This document shows positions 1-13,900 of a stretch of 64,000 bases of DNA, in pieces. The first letter of the stretch is position 1. The number at the start of each line of letters is the position of its first letter. The stretch is from Lytechinus pictus (Eukaryota). A model generated the notes under the pieces. The model was not told the DNA's origin, did no database searches, and saw only the letters and a list, made by a program, of their open reading frames with translations. Location: contig NC_087251.1 of the NCBI RefSeq assembly GCF_037042905.1, forward strand, positions 43,340,001 to 43,404,000, in the 5' to 3' direction. A program made the position numbers and the translations under genes.

Positions 1-592
1 TTTTTAATGTTACAGATGGAAAGACATTCCACATACTTGTTTTGTGACTGCAGTCTAGAAGTTGAATTTAAAACTCAGCCATAGTAGACTACTTGAGTAA
101 CCCATTTTATACAAGTATCAATGAAATGTACTTGCAATGCAACTAATCAAAAGCAAAAGCATCAATGAAATGTGCAAGAAAAAACATAAAAAATTCTTTC
201 AGATATATCCAATACAATATTTAGTGAATGTTTGTCTTAATCACAAAAAATCCATTTTGAAAACAAACAGCAACCAAGACTCAATTTACCCATGGACCTA
301 GTAAGTCCATGATTTACCAAATATACAGACAGTGTATAAGAACGTGAAAAGATAAATACATGTAAATAATTTGCAAAGTTTTCTATACGTTCAATTAAAA
401 TGTTCAACCTGAACATTTTAATTCTTTATTTCAAGTCTTAACTATTAAAAAACACAATCTGCCAGATATGGGCATATTGGTTAGTATTATAAAATAAAAG
501 ATACGATAATTCCCACAAGTATGACAACAATCATTTTTCTTAAAGATTAAAACAACAGAAAATGCTGGGCATTCAAAGGGTGCCCTTTTCGA

Positions 593-3500
593 TTATTTTC
601 CTATTTTATACTTACCTGGTATTTTATCAGACTTTTCCCATATTTCCATTACTTCAAAAAGAGAGAATTTATCCCAAAATATGGAGAGAATTACTGGCTG
701 GATCATGATATCTAAATTTTCCATTATCAGGGATTTACTAAAGTTCAGTTTCAGGGGAGCACAGCCCTTAAAATCAAGTCCAGATTTGATTTCTCTTCTC
801 CGGCTTTTTATATCTGGCGGGGCATTACATGATATACTCTTGAATATTGATACTCTGCCTGTGATGAGATACACAGTGTCTCAAAAGAAATACTGCACAA
901 AATACTTTCAATTTACCTCAGGATAGTAAAATCAGGACATGCCATCAGTCAGACATGGAAGAATTTGCAGTTATAATTTGTTATTGTTATTAAAGGCCAC
1001 CCCCCCCCCCCCATTTCATGACAGGGGACTGACATTTGTGGTAAATTTGTCACTGTGGCAACTACCATGGTAACAAGGCTAAGCAGCCCATTAAAACCAA
1101 GGTTTGTATGAGAAATTCTGGCAAAGTTACCATAAATCATATATCAATTTTACTTTAACAATGAGGAAAACGTCATCATCATAATAATAATAATAATAGG
1201 TATTTGTATAGTGCCATCTATCTAGAAATATTCTATTCCGAGGCGCATTGTTTATTATTATTATTACCCCGGCTTTAGCTCGAGCAGCCTTTCAGCGCTC
1301 AGAGCATTCAATGAATTAATCCTGCCGGGTACCCATTCACCTCACCTGGGTTGAGTGCAGCACAATGTAGATACATTTATTGCTGAAGGAAATTACGCCA
1401 TGGCTGGGATTCGAACCCACGACCCTCTGTTTAAAAGTCAGAAGACTAATCCACTGGGCCACAACGCTCCACGATCATGATTCCTGATAGAGCGGCCATT
1501 CTCATATATTAAACTTCGTTAGCCCTATACAACCAAAATTATTGAAAACGTTTTTATGAGTCACCCTGTAGTCATGTCATGAGAGAATGAGAAAAGGGGC
1601 TACCTTTCAAGCTTGTCTTTCATCAAGTGTAAATCCATCTTGGGGAATGAAATCATACCACATGTGACAGTCAAACCACATGTACACTGTACTCAAACAA
1701 TCCAGCGCTTTATCAGTTTTTAGCTTCATCGACCCCATCTTTTTGAAAATGATACGTTCTCATTATGAAACAGATGCCATAAAAATGTGCTTCATCTGGA
1801 AAAATTTACATGACAAAGAAGACCAGAGATGATAGCTAAACATTCAAAGCGTTTTTTCAAGTTACGACAGGTCTTGTTTACCTATATGTTTTCCCCATCT
1901 GTTTATGATTATTCTCACCAAAGGTTTTCTTTCATACAGAGAAATGAAAGAAAAAGTCAGAACAAATCAAACCAACTCTCGCTAAAGAGATATGTACGGT
2001 GGGATCATTCTAAGAACGTTATTTGACGGCATCTCCGAGTGAAGGGCACCAATTATCAAATAGAGTCTGATGGGGTATGACACCGAGGCAAAGGCAATGT
2101 TGCTGGTAGATCCATAAGATCTTCTGAACAGTAATTGGATAAAGAGAAAGAGGATGTAAACCTATTGCACTTAACCTGAACCGTACACGCCTACCAATTG
2201 CCTGCCCTGTGTGTGTAGCAGGGTTCGAGAGCGAGCCTGCCATTCCGGCCAACCGAACGAGAGATTGTGCTGCGGTCCTCTGACATACCCATTTCCCTAA
2301 TTGAACGAAATTGATAAACTACAGGGCGACTGGGAAGGCCATGAACATGGACTTGTAGTCTTGGGGATATAAACCTGATTATCATTACAAGATTCCGTCA
2401 ATCAATGTAGGTATTTAAATTTTTTAAATTCATTATTTTCATCCCACAGGAATTATACCAACCAATTTCTTTGTTAATTGCATACAAAACACAATGTGTT
2501 TCCTTTGTTTTAATTATTCCTATTTAATTTTTCCCTCTGCTCTTCTGAACAGTTCACGAGATAAATGGCATGGGCCACAACCCACAAAACTTCTTTTTTT
2601 TTTGGGGGGGGGCTTCAGACCACCATTTTTTTTTCAAGAAATGTGCACAATATGACCGTCCATTGCATGGGTCTTCCCACCACCCTGTCATATTTGTTGT
2701 GGCCCTTGACTCCTACATAACAAATGCTGTATTTGATGACGACATATTTTACCACATATTTTTCACTGTCAGTAAATTTCCTTTCATCGCGAAAATAAAA
2801 AAAACACTTTGAAAGTTCAACATAGTATATTCTTATAAAGTATTGGTTTGATTAAAGATTGGAACAACCAGACTAATTTCTGAATGCAAGGTTGAATACA
2901 TCTGGATTTTGATCATTTCTCTGGTTCTATCTATTAAATGGAAGAAACTGCCCTTACTCTGCAACCTGTATATTACTTGGTTAGAACTGATCTCTTTGCC
3001 TGCTGGATAGCATCACAATTAAATCAAAACTTATCCAGCAACTCTAATTGCAGTTAATTCATCTCACTTGCTCATCTGGAGAAACATTTCAAGGATGCTA
3101 ACAAATTGCTCAGCCCAATACTAAGAATAGAAACTAATTTTGCAGTAGGGCAATTCCATAAAATATGTACATCCGACCCCCTTTATGTGGGACCTTCATG
3201 AAATTTTCTGTCTCTGATTTCTTGTTCTTTTGACAGTCTGTAATGCTCTCTAATGACCATGACTTGGTCAGTTTATGAAGTGAAGTAAAACTTGATAAAA
3301 ATGGCGGTCGGACGTACAAAAAGGTTGATTATTTTATGGAATTGCCCAGTAAAAACTTATTTTCTGTTCCAGTCACAGAAGGAGGTAAAGAGTGAGGAGG
3401 GGGAAACTACATAAGATGAGTCACATAATTAAAAGATACACACAGTATGATGACAAGATGATCCATGAAAGGTCATAATTATCACACCCAATTAAGTAAT

Positions 3501-6470
3501 TAAATCAAAAGGAGTTACAACCAATGTTCTATTTTCGTGTAAGGTCTATCAAATTCATCTTTTTTAATCACATGACCTGTCTTCTGTGTGGTCACATGAC
3601 TATGTGCAGCCCCCACCTCAGATAATGTAAGATAATAGTGACTCACTTGATGTAGTTAACTCATACTCTACATGAAACACCATGGCAACAAAATACAAGC
3701 TATTTAACATAGATTATCATGAAGACAAAAAAGAGAGAAACATTTCCCTAATGGGAGCTCCGCCCACTGTATTATCCTCCATCATGCGAACGGTGCAGAT
3801 TCTGAACCTTCTCCATCAAGCCAATTAAGTGTAGAATTCCTAAAAGTGAAGGATTTACATTAGAGTTTCTTTTTTCTTTTATTTCTAAGCTGGGACTCTA
3901 GCAAGTTGTCACAAAATCTGTCACCCTTTTATGGCTTTGCTGGTTATGCCAAACTTGCTGTTGCACCTCCCCCCTTCAGAAACACCCACAAACATTTTCT
4001 TTCTCTCTTTAATTCTCTCATTTTAACTTCCACCCCACCCACCTCTCTTCAAGGCTCTATCACGTTCTTTCTTCCAATACATTCTTCTTCATTAACCGCC
4101 ATGTGCTGATGCATTTTCATTTATCTTATTGTTATTGGTACCTGTCCATTTTCTTTGATTTCATAAAAAAAGGCTTATCCCTCACCCCTCCCCCTTTTAT
4201 AAAAAAAACAACATTCTTCCAATCTCTAGTGGCTTCATTGTGATAATGTTGAGCATCACCAGCCTTGAGATTTTTCAAAAGAATGATGTCACAATCGATG
4301 TTTATGTTCTATAAAACATGAAGCATCACAAATAAGAATAAAAAGCTAAGAATGGAGACAAAAATGAAAGAGATAGAATTAAGGGTTTTTTTTTGGGAAG
4401 GCACCTGTAATGAGAGGATATCCTCTCTTAGTAAAATAATAATAAGTTCATCGAATAACAAATCAATTATTCAAAATTTGATGAATAAGAAAATCAGGAT
4501 CCTCCAAATACCATCGAATAAAGATTACAAAGGAAGTCAATCAGAATATAAAGATTGCTTTTTATACAAACACTGATTTCTTACTATTCCATTAAAAAAA
4601 AATTGTCTTCAATAACAAAATCAGATTAATCAGAAAACCAATTTGCTGGAATGATCAATTAATCTTCAAAAGTAATAACAAGATAAGCAGGAGAGAAAAG
4701 AAATAAAGGTTACAGATACCCCATGAAAGAAGATTAAAATACTGTAATCCAGACAGAGATGAATAATTATTGAAACCCCCGCTTTTTTCATAAGAAAGGT
4801 CCTCATTTTAAATGAGCACACAACATTGACACAAAAAGCAAAGCAAAAAAAGTACTACATGTATGAATCGGGGGTGGACCCATGGGCAGTGAAAGGGCCT
4901 TGGACTCCCCCTTTACTAAATACAATTGCATGCCATTTTCTTCTATTTTGGTGACCCTTGACCCATTTTTCCTGACAGAAATTGTTATACGCCACTCAGA
5001 TCAACAACAAGTGAAATAATGTTATTAACAAAGAAACAAAATCAACAAATCCAGCATGCCAATGAAGGAAAGTTCAATCACAGAAAAGGGCAAGGAAGAG
5101 AAAAGAATTAAAATTCAATTATTTTTTTTAATGACAAGTCTGAGCTTTTCAAAGGAAGATATAAATACATATACAACCAGATTAATAAACGTAGAGCCAG
5201 AAAGTTGAAGTTATTCATCAATCTTTCTAATCTTTGTACAAGTAGCCAGTATTCAAGTGATGAAAGTTGAATTATATATAGGCCTATAGAAGGGAAGAAT
5301 GAAGAGAGAGCATAATAAAAGATGATATTTCAAGCAAGGACATAGGATGGACAGTCAAAGAATTAATGAGTGATTTAAGCTGAATCCATTTGAATCAGCC
5401 AGTCACTGTGCCAAGGAGTAATACTTCATGAATGTAACATCACTCCCCTGGGGGAGATCATATTGCCCATTGGCTAGCTAATGACCACTATTCAATTGGG
5501 GCGCTTGCATTCAAGGCACGGTCTATGCAGTTGACTGACCCCTCCATCCGATGCACATTTAAAAACCCATTCTAGCAATAGGTGCCTTCCTTCGTATTAT
5601 AGAAACGGTTCACATTCACTAAACCCATGTTTTAGTTTTAAGTCATTGTTGTTTGAAATTATTCTATATAATTCTCAACGATTGGGGGCTTCAGTTTTTG
5701 ATACCGATTCTGTGGGGCGTTTTTTTAATCCTGTGTTTTGTGACAAAATATACAATCAGTAAACGACATGTAACTGTTGATATCAATACTTGGACTTCTG
5801 CAAACTATACATTGAACTATTTATTCAGTGCAGGTGTAATGCAGTTGGAAAACACTCCATCCATCGGAAAGGATGCAAATACTTATATATCATGTGTAGG
5901 ACAGTTACAACCTATGCATGTTAAAACCAACTTTTTGTAGAAGAGGAGGGTGTTCGTTATTTAAATGTGTATTGCACCTGCCAGAATCTTTAGAATTGAA
6001 GGAGGCAGTGCAGCTTGAAGAAGAAAACTTGTGACTGGGTGGATATGAATCTCTCTATAGTTTATATTCAATATAAAAATAGAGCTACACATGAAGGTAT
6101 CAACATTACTAGCCATGTGCTCTAATATGAAGAGCCTTTTGAATACAGATTATCAGTCCTCATCCATCCTCATGGGGCATCCATCATCCCACATGATGAT
6201 GATCAATGCTTCATCAATTTGGGAATGGTGATGTATACACTACGTATGCAAAAGAAAAATATCCCTCCACACATGCACTGATTCTGCTGGTTAACACGTT
6301 GGAGGACGAGCTCCCTTATAAATGCTGGCTAGTGTCAATGGAAAACATACTTGTAACAACATCATTCAGACGCCAATGGGTTAATACAATGGATATCATC
6401 ATGGTTTCTCTAAATGGTCTCGTCAAGGAGCGGTCCATGACATATACCTCATATGCATGTTGCTGGCTTA
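593..6470 (-). pseudogene. Decayed Sushi/CCP modules inside the KIF26 intron following the coding exon
   Basis: Minus-strand motifs: SISCNAPPDI (ORF 593-874); YGNFARISHTNLGF...LPQMSVPC (949-1140); IGRRVRF...ITVQKILW (2019-2252); LANGQYDLPQGSDVTF (~5430-5477); FKCASDG (~5545-5563); SICILSDGWS (~5854-5883). These fit the CCP consensus C..P.I.NG....F..GS.V.F.C..GY.L.G...C...G.WS...P.C but carry frameshifts and stops. Confidence 0.7.
1181..1472 (-). mobile_element. tRNA-derived SINE, full length
   Basis: The minus strand begins GTGGAGCGTTGTGGCCCAGTGG (A box)...GGTTCGAATCCC (B box), has a central GGTGAATGGGTACC segment and ends in a (TAT)n tail. A 3' tail fragment of the same family lies at ~38722-38771. 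Confidence 0.85.
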
Positions 6471-6505
6471 ATAAACTAAATTTCAAAAAGCAGAATATGC
6501 AAGGA

Positions 6506-6614
6506 CTACAGTCACAACGGCGAAACCGACCCCAGACCGACCAAAGCCATCGTGTTGTTTTCCAATGACATACCATCGGACGGTCTGGAGTCGGTTTCGT
6601 TGGTGCGACTGTGG
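6506..6614. mobile_element. ~110-bp hairpin MITE family, copy 1 of 4
   Basis: TIR CTACAGTCACA..CGAAACCGACYCCAGACCG; related copies at 28328-28435, 51840-51943 (reverse) and 57766-57875. Confidence 0.75.
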
Positions 6615-7515
6615 TTTATCTATAGGTGAGTTAATCCAAGCAAAGACATTCTGAGACCATCATTGATAGCGACCACAACACCTGAATCAATACAGGCTTC
6701 ATTCCCTTCCTTTGGGGTCTGCATGTCATTATCTACCATTCGTATCTAAGGAACACACATTAGGACCACAATGAAGAAGGTTAAATAGATATGTATTATC
6801 TTTAATGGCATGTAGAAAAGGCTTCTGGGTATCAGCACAGGTAATGTTGGCTCAATCTATTGCTTTGGTATGTGCTTCCGGAAGAGAGATGGCAACTATT
6901 AGGAACTTTACATGACCCTACAAGTATGTTCAATTTTTCACATCAGAAATGTATGTAACTTATCATAACCTTATCCAACCAACCTTTATTAATTTAATCA
7001 CACAACTAAAAGACTTTAACCCCCCCCCCAAATAGTGTGTGCAAAAATATATGTCCCATAAAAAAAATTAAAAACAAATGTAATGACCACTTCCACAATC
7101 ATACATAAAATATGTCTCACACAAACACAGGCCTACGCATATAATAGCACTATTCAGTTTAATAAGCTGAGAGAGTAGATATTTGATGCACTTGCATTGG
7201 ATATAGGAAGCAAGATCTCTTCACTCTTCATCCTATATACATGTACCTTTGAAAAATACATCTATTCTAATATAGAAATATGTTAGCTATGAAGATGAAG
7301 TTCACATTATGGAGGAACGTGTACATAATAGTTCTACATCTAATGAAGATGAAAATAAATGGGAGCGGACTGTTCATTTCGTTTCATCAAAGTCCCTTTG
7401 TTAAAGCATTTACAACATGTTGATCGGTGTATCATCTGGCATCTGAGTACCACAAATATACTCAAGATCTTTGCAAAGTCCTGAGTTAAAAGATTTTACA
7501 GGAATTAGGTCTTAC

Positions 7516-7833
7516 CTTCATTGCCAATTTCATGAGGTTTGGATGCATGACCATCAATCTCACGGCCTGCTTCTTCAGCTCGACCAGCCGACTGTTACAC
7601 CTCTCGCACCACACCCCAAATCCACTGGACTGTCCCGTCCTGGTAACTCCAGGCCCACCGCCACCACCCATTACCCCACCAGGGGCACCGCCCACTGATG
7701 ATGGGGGAAAAGATGCCCCCGTTGCCATCAGGCTAGGGGGTCCACCGGGAGGTAAAGGGGGAGGGGTGGGGCCAGGTTCACTGGTGGAATGAACACCACT
7801 GTTGATCATTCTAGCATTGGTGTTGGAGTTCAT
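7516..7833 (-). CDS. KIF26: First coding exon (106 codons, phase-0 donor) of a kinesin-11 family KIF26A/B-like protein
   Basis: The translation MNSNTNARM...GVWCERCNSRLVELKKQAVRLMV matches the N-terminal WCENCNARLVELKRQAL motif I recall from vertebrate KIF26B, after a Pro/Gly-rich segment. There is an in-frame TGA 3 codons upstream of ATG 7833 and a canonical donor AAG|GTAAG after 7516. A candidate acceptor TGCAG| puts the exon start at 7989. Remaining exons lie beyond the left edge. Confidence 0.85.
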
Positions 7834-7989
7834 CTCTGCTCACCTATGCAGTGGACTCCCTCTGTGAAAGTGCACTCTCAATCCAGATGTAATCCAAAAT
7901 TGGTAGTCCCATGTATTCCTTTTTAACAGTGGTTCTCTGAAAATGTGAGGCACTTGAAGAAGGATCTCAGATACATGTACATCTTCAAT
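7834..7989 (-). other. Probable 5'UTR portion of the KIF26 first coding exon
   Basis: T-rich tract and TTTGCAG acceptor (AG at 7991-7990), followed by 156 nt to the ATG with an in-frame stop. Confidence 0.5.
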
Positions 7990-8361
7990 CTGCAAATATC
8001 ATAAAAACAAGAAAAGAAACGATGTATAATTAAAAAAAAAATATTTTGTAAATGAGCATTTATCAAAGAAAACTGAATTGAAACTGTTAATGAAGACACT
8101 GTGATCACTGTAACCAACATGGACATTTGCAATTTCATGACTTGTGGCAGTGATAAATCACACTACTCCATATGGTACCAAGAAGTTAACCAATATCTCA
8201 ATGTTTGAACATTCTAAGCGAGATGTATACAGGTGTAGCTATTGGAAATCAAACCATCCAGCCCTCAATCTTGAAAGGACAAGAGGCAAGATTGCAGCAT
8301 CAACGGAGCATGAGTGCATGGACAGTGTGGAGAGTGAGTTATGTTGGACCATGAGGTCTAT

Positions 8362-8825
8362 GAGGCCGTTCTCATTACGCTTTCTAAAACTAGTTTACTG
8401 GAAACCGATTCAGGAGAACACTTGGGAAGATCGCTTTGCTAGCGTTCTCACTTGATCACACGAAAGTGGTTTTCAAAATCACTTCACGTAAAGCGCTCTT
8501 GTTGCTATGGAAACGCTCTCAGTGGGGTGACACGTTTCGCGCGAAATTCGAAACCGCAGCATAGGCATTCTACACCTGTCGTGTGGAGTAGCGCGCTCAA
8601 AATGTGCGAAGATCGCTTCCCGAAGAACGGTTGTGTCCTCACTCACGCTAAAACCACTTTAACGAGGCAAAGCGATCTTGAAATCTACATCGCGAGGTGG
8701 TTTTCCAAACTGGTTTGGAAGATCGCTTCCAAGACCGCTTTGACCGTTCTCACTACGCGTTAAACTAGTTTCCACTAAACTAGTTTCCAGTAAACTAGTT
8801 TTAGGAACGTAGTGAGAACAGCCTC
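8362..8825. mobile_element. PIF/Harbinger-like MITE, 464 bp
   Basis: Terminal inverted repeats of about 45 bp (GAGGCCGTTCTCATTACG...AAAACTAGTTTACTGGAAAC) and a 3-bp TSD TAT on both sides. The interior is CpG-rich within CpG-poor surroundings. Confidence 0.85.
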
Positions 8826-10623
8826 TATGTCGCCGATCCATGGTTGGTCTTACATACTCGTTGCATGCACAGAAGCCCCAGTGCTGAAGATCTGCCCTTC
8901 TTGTAATGTTACCAAAGTTGCAAATGTTACTTGGTGTTGAAATGCATGCTAAGGTTAAAGATGCCTTTGCCCTTGGTGCTAATTGCTACATAATTGTCAT
9001 TAATATCTCGACAGTACGTCAGGTTTAGCCCGAGTGTCATTCCAGAATGACATTCACAACCAATACTGAATAAATCATCACTAAGTACTACAAGTCTGTC
9101 TATGGAAAGGATATCAATATGATTTAAATATGAGTTGCACGACAACTCTGGTATTAACCTCTGGATCTAATTCTTTCTCCAAACTGCTTTAATATGCTCC
9201 ATACATGTAGGCCTATACAAAAACTTAATTTATTTTAAATCACTTTTCCACTTCTTAAATCATCCAAAGACATTCATTCATTCATAGTCCTCATCTAAAC
9301 GGTCTAGCTTGGACAAGGTCAGAAATATAGCTTTTTAAGTACCATAGGTCTACAATTATGTAGGCTATGTAGTGTGGAGTGTAAATGTAGGGGGCAGGTG
9401 AGTGAAGTAACCGGTACTACATGTAGGTAAATGATACCAATCATAATGACTCAGATATAATTCAATTTATCTCGTAGCACATTTTCGTCACAATACATCC
9501 AATTAACTGGAAAGCATAGTTCCTCCATATTCAGCTCAAATAGTCCTTGAATGTATGTACATATGCATCTTCGCCCCTTCCAATTTGCCCCAGTCTTGCA
9601 TTCATAACCTTCAAATTCTCATCAGTTTGTCAAAAGAAAACTTGGTAACATAAGTCTGGTATTGTTGACTCCCAGCTATTATCTGCTAGCATGTATTTGC
9701 ACTGGGGTTGTAACTGTATCTGTGTCTCTATTTGTTCACATGTAACCTCATGTCACTATACAAGGCTGCAAACGGATAATTGAGTCGCGACACCAGGGAG
9801 TTCAGACTTTCTCATTTGACAGTTATGTCCCCTTGTGTATCAAAATGATCCTATTTCAAGTTTCGGGCAAATTGACTCATTAAAAGACATTCTAATATCA
9901 AGTGATATCTCACTTATTATTGCAAGATCTGTTATTAAATGGAGACTCTTTTAAAGTACCTTCTTTGATCTCCAAGAACATGTAAAACAAAATAGCACAA
10001 AACTTATTTTCATGATTTACATTCTATCATTTCATATTCTTGATTCAAAAAGCAAAGTTTTAAAGTATTTTTCATGTTTACTATTCTACTGATTTGTCAT
10101 CTCTTGTTGTTGTTCTCTCTCACTTTTCCTCCATCTCCTGTTCTCCCTTTTTTTTCTGAACTTTAAAAAACATCCTTCATCCCCGGTTCCATCCTCTCTA
10201 AACTTATTTCCTCCCCCCAACCCCGCCTTAAGTTTTCACATACTAACTTTCTACTTTCTTCCTGATTGGCTTCTGTCCTCCAGCTCAGGATAGTTCGACC
10301 ATAGTGGTATTTCTTTTATCAAACCCTGATACATATTTACATTACCTTGGGCAACATTGAGTGCTCTCAATCTAATTGGATTTCATCCTACATACAGGTT
10401 TAATAAGGCAATCCTATTGCTCTTGACATGTACCACTACCAGGTGGAGTGTTTACTTAATGTTTCCCTTTCTCCGTCAGGAATCAATACAATATTTGTGC
10501 TCAAACATTTCCTCTGTAATCACCAAACCACAGTGAAAGTATGTTAAACGTAAATATTTACATAGGATAATTCATAAACATTTAGAGCTTATGCCTTTGG
10601 TATTCACCTAGGCCTACATCTTA

Positions 10624-10977
10624 TACCCCTTTCATAAACCTATCCTCCAATTAGCCGCCTAATAGTAATGCGGATAATTCAATAAAAATTGCGTTCACAA
10701 ACTCCGAAAATTATCCGCATTATTTTTACGAGCGCCCGTCCTGAAAAAGGCGGATAATCGTCATGACAACTGGACACGCCCCCTCCAATGCGGTTGTGTT
10801 GGAAAAGGGTGACCTTGTGACCGCACCATGGCAATTATCCGCATTATTTGGAAATGCGTTCATAAACTCAAAATCTTGTCCCGATGCTGCTATAATGCGG
10901 ATAACTCTGGTCCTCCTCCAATTTTACGACCAAATTATGCTGCTATTAGCCGCATAATTGGGTTTATGAAAGGGGTA
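10624..10977. mobile_element. PIF/Harbinger-like MITE, 354 bp
   Basis: TIR TACCCCTTTCATAAACC / GGTTTATGAAAGGGGTA, TSD TTA on both sides, internal ATGCGGATAAT repeats in both orientations. Confidence 0.85.
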
Positions 10978-13900
10978 TTACATCAATATAAAAAAAATAT
11001 TGATCCATTTTTAAAATGATTTTCGACCTATCGGTGAATCTTTTCCCAGTGCAGAGATCACAAACTTGTCCAAGCGTGATCCCTTTCCCTCCCCTCCGCT
11101 CCGGCATGAGCTCTTTCCTCCCTCTCTCTCTGAATGTCATTCCATTATGTGCTAATTTTTCACTAAAAGTTACTTCATGATTTCCCACTAGGCCTTCTTA
11201 CATTTCAATCAATTTTACTCTCAAAAGACTAACGTATTTTCCTGCCTTATTTTCTATCAAAATAAGCATAGTGGTTTTCCAACAGGGACAGTTAAAAGAC
11301 TAATGGTTTGCCAAAATTAAACCTAAGATAGAAATATCTCATATCCAAGTTCTAGACGAGTTGTAAAACCTTCCTAAAATAGGTAGCTATGATCAAAATT
11401 TGGGCATGACCATCAAGTTAGGTACATAATATATGCATTTTTTTGCTCAAAGAGGTAGTATTTGGTGCTTCTTCAAGAATCTCAATCATCTCAATGGTTC
11501 ATAAATTTATTGCAGGTAAATCATCGGTTTAAAACTTTATTGTGATATGTAGGCCTACTCACAGGCCTAATACTTAAAAAACAAAACACATTTCTTACAT
11601 CTTATTGCATGTTTGACTGAAAGCTACTTGAATTCAAGCTTTGAAAATAATTTTTACAATTTTCTTTCATGAAACCCAGAAAGTAATTTCCTTTCCTGAG
11701 ATGGCAAACAAATGATAAAGGGGCAAACTCACAATGCATACAGGGATTTGCGGAGATTTACCACCCTACACTGTGGTATTATCCCTGTCATTATACAAAA
11801 GAAACTAGGCAGGCCTGAAATAGCCTTTACATTCTGGCTGTAAACATCCTTTGTCAGCTTTAGAATAAAGTTTTGATGTTTGAGAGCAAACACTCAAAGA
11901 ATTCATTCTCCCAACTGTCCATCTGCATTTCCCAACTTACCTACATGTATGTACTCTAATCTGTGAGGGGAAATTGTGAACAGAATTATATTTTTCGGCC
12001 AAAATTCCTTGTGCAATTTACTCGCAAGAGACACTTGGAAAGCAAGGTGTGAACTGTATTTGGTAAAAAATAAATTACTTCCAAGTCAACAAGAGGAGCT
12101 TTCCAACTCACAATAGACATGTCATTGCTCCATACAATGCACCCAAACAATGTTTCTTTCACCCCTACTTCGCCTGCTCGACCTGTCTCCGTATCATTTT
12201 ACCCACAGGAATTCACAATTGTGTGGGACTTTTGTGATAGGTCGAGACTCTGACTCAAATACAAAGAAGGAAAGAAAGTAGACCATGGAAAGTTGCAAAA
12301 CATTCAGGAAATGGCACAAAGTAGGAGTAATATTGAAAACTAAAGTCTAAAGAGAAAGTAGTTTAAAGTACAATTGGGTATAAACCAGGACACATGCTGG
12401 GTTAATGAACATCCACCCAAAACATCCTGATTGCTGCCTTTCTTATATAACAAGAGTTTTTAATAAACTTTCAAAATACCTTTTCAAGCTTTCTGGTGAA
12501 TCACATTCAGGAATAGAATATTTCAATGGAACAGTTCTTTCTTGATTGCCAATGAGAGCTTCCTGCATGATCCATTCTCTGCAAAAGGAGTTTCCGCAAT
12601 AACATGGAACATTGAGGGGTAAACCCTCAAAACCCCAGGAAGAGGTAATCTTCTCAGATCTTGATATACTGGGAGAGAGTCATCTTAAATAATAAGCTTA
12701 CAGATCTACTGTGGACTACTGGATGGACCAGCCACCGCAGCAATAGAAATTCAGTCTACATGTCTGCTAATCTGTATTCCAAAGAAAGGGCTCAGGCATT
12801 TTCATTTAAATCTATTACAGATTCACAATTCACCCTATTTTTTTCTACAGATGCATGCTTGTTGTACTTTACTTTGTAAGCCTGCAAGGGTCATGATAGA
12901 TTTGACAAATACTAAATGAGGGTTAATAGTTCCAAAAATGCTCCTTGGGTCAAACGAAAGAAGTCTAATCACTACTGTCAATATTATGTACAAGTAGTTA
13001 ACCCAAGTAAAATGAGAAGTCCTTCATCTAGTGTTTAGACTGGGGCAAAATTGAAAATCAAATAACACATGTACTAGTGAGTCCAGGGCCCTCGCTGCCA
13101 TTGAGAATGTGCGGCAACACTCCTTTCCAGAAAGGATGGCATATCAAAGAGAAAATGTGCAACTTAAAAAGAGACATATTTTAGTTTTTCAACCAAATAT
13201 CCAAATGACCATTCCCAATTAAACTTCATAGGTCAATAGTTGCGTAGTAGTTCTAAGTCTTGAATAGAGAAAAAAATATCTGATGGGAATCTTGATAAAC
13301 AGAAGACCAATAACACATCTCTCTCAACTTGCTTGCTGAAAACCATTCAAATGATGATGAAAGTGCACACATTTTCTGAATTCTGAGGAGAATCGGGGGA
13401 AAATAACATACAGGGACTAAATACAAGATAAAGTTATGGTAGAGGCCTCACTTTAGTTTATACACTGTCTGAAGACAAAGCTAAAAATCAAAGTACAACA
13501 GATTTTCCAGTTCAATTCGCTACAAATCACTCTGAATATAAATTATTGATTTTAGTTTCATATCAAGACAATGACATTGGTAGCAAAGCAAAATGAAAAT
13601 TTAAAAAAAATCAACCCCCTCCTCGACAAAAATATAAATAAATATAAAAAATAGTTCAATGCAGATGGTACAACTTCTCTGTGCAGTGTTATACCAAAAA
13701 AATCTACCAAATTCTACCATTTACCACATATCCACACAGCTGCTAATCCGGTAAATTGCAGATTGGTCTACATCCACTTCATTCCCTTTCCGTTTCTTCT
13801 TGGTCTGCATGGTCGAATCAAAGTTCATCTATAATTTACTCTATTTACTGCGGCAGCCTGAACCCTTCATGGTGGTTTCCAAGGGCTATACGTCTTCTAT

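Noticed and set aside
1400..1472. tRNA gene
   Set aside because: The A/B boxes belong to a SINE head with body and tail; the same applies at 35.7 and 60.1 kb.
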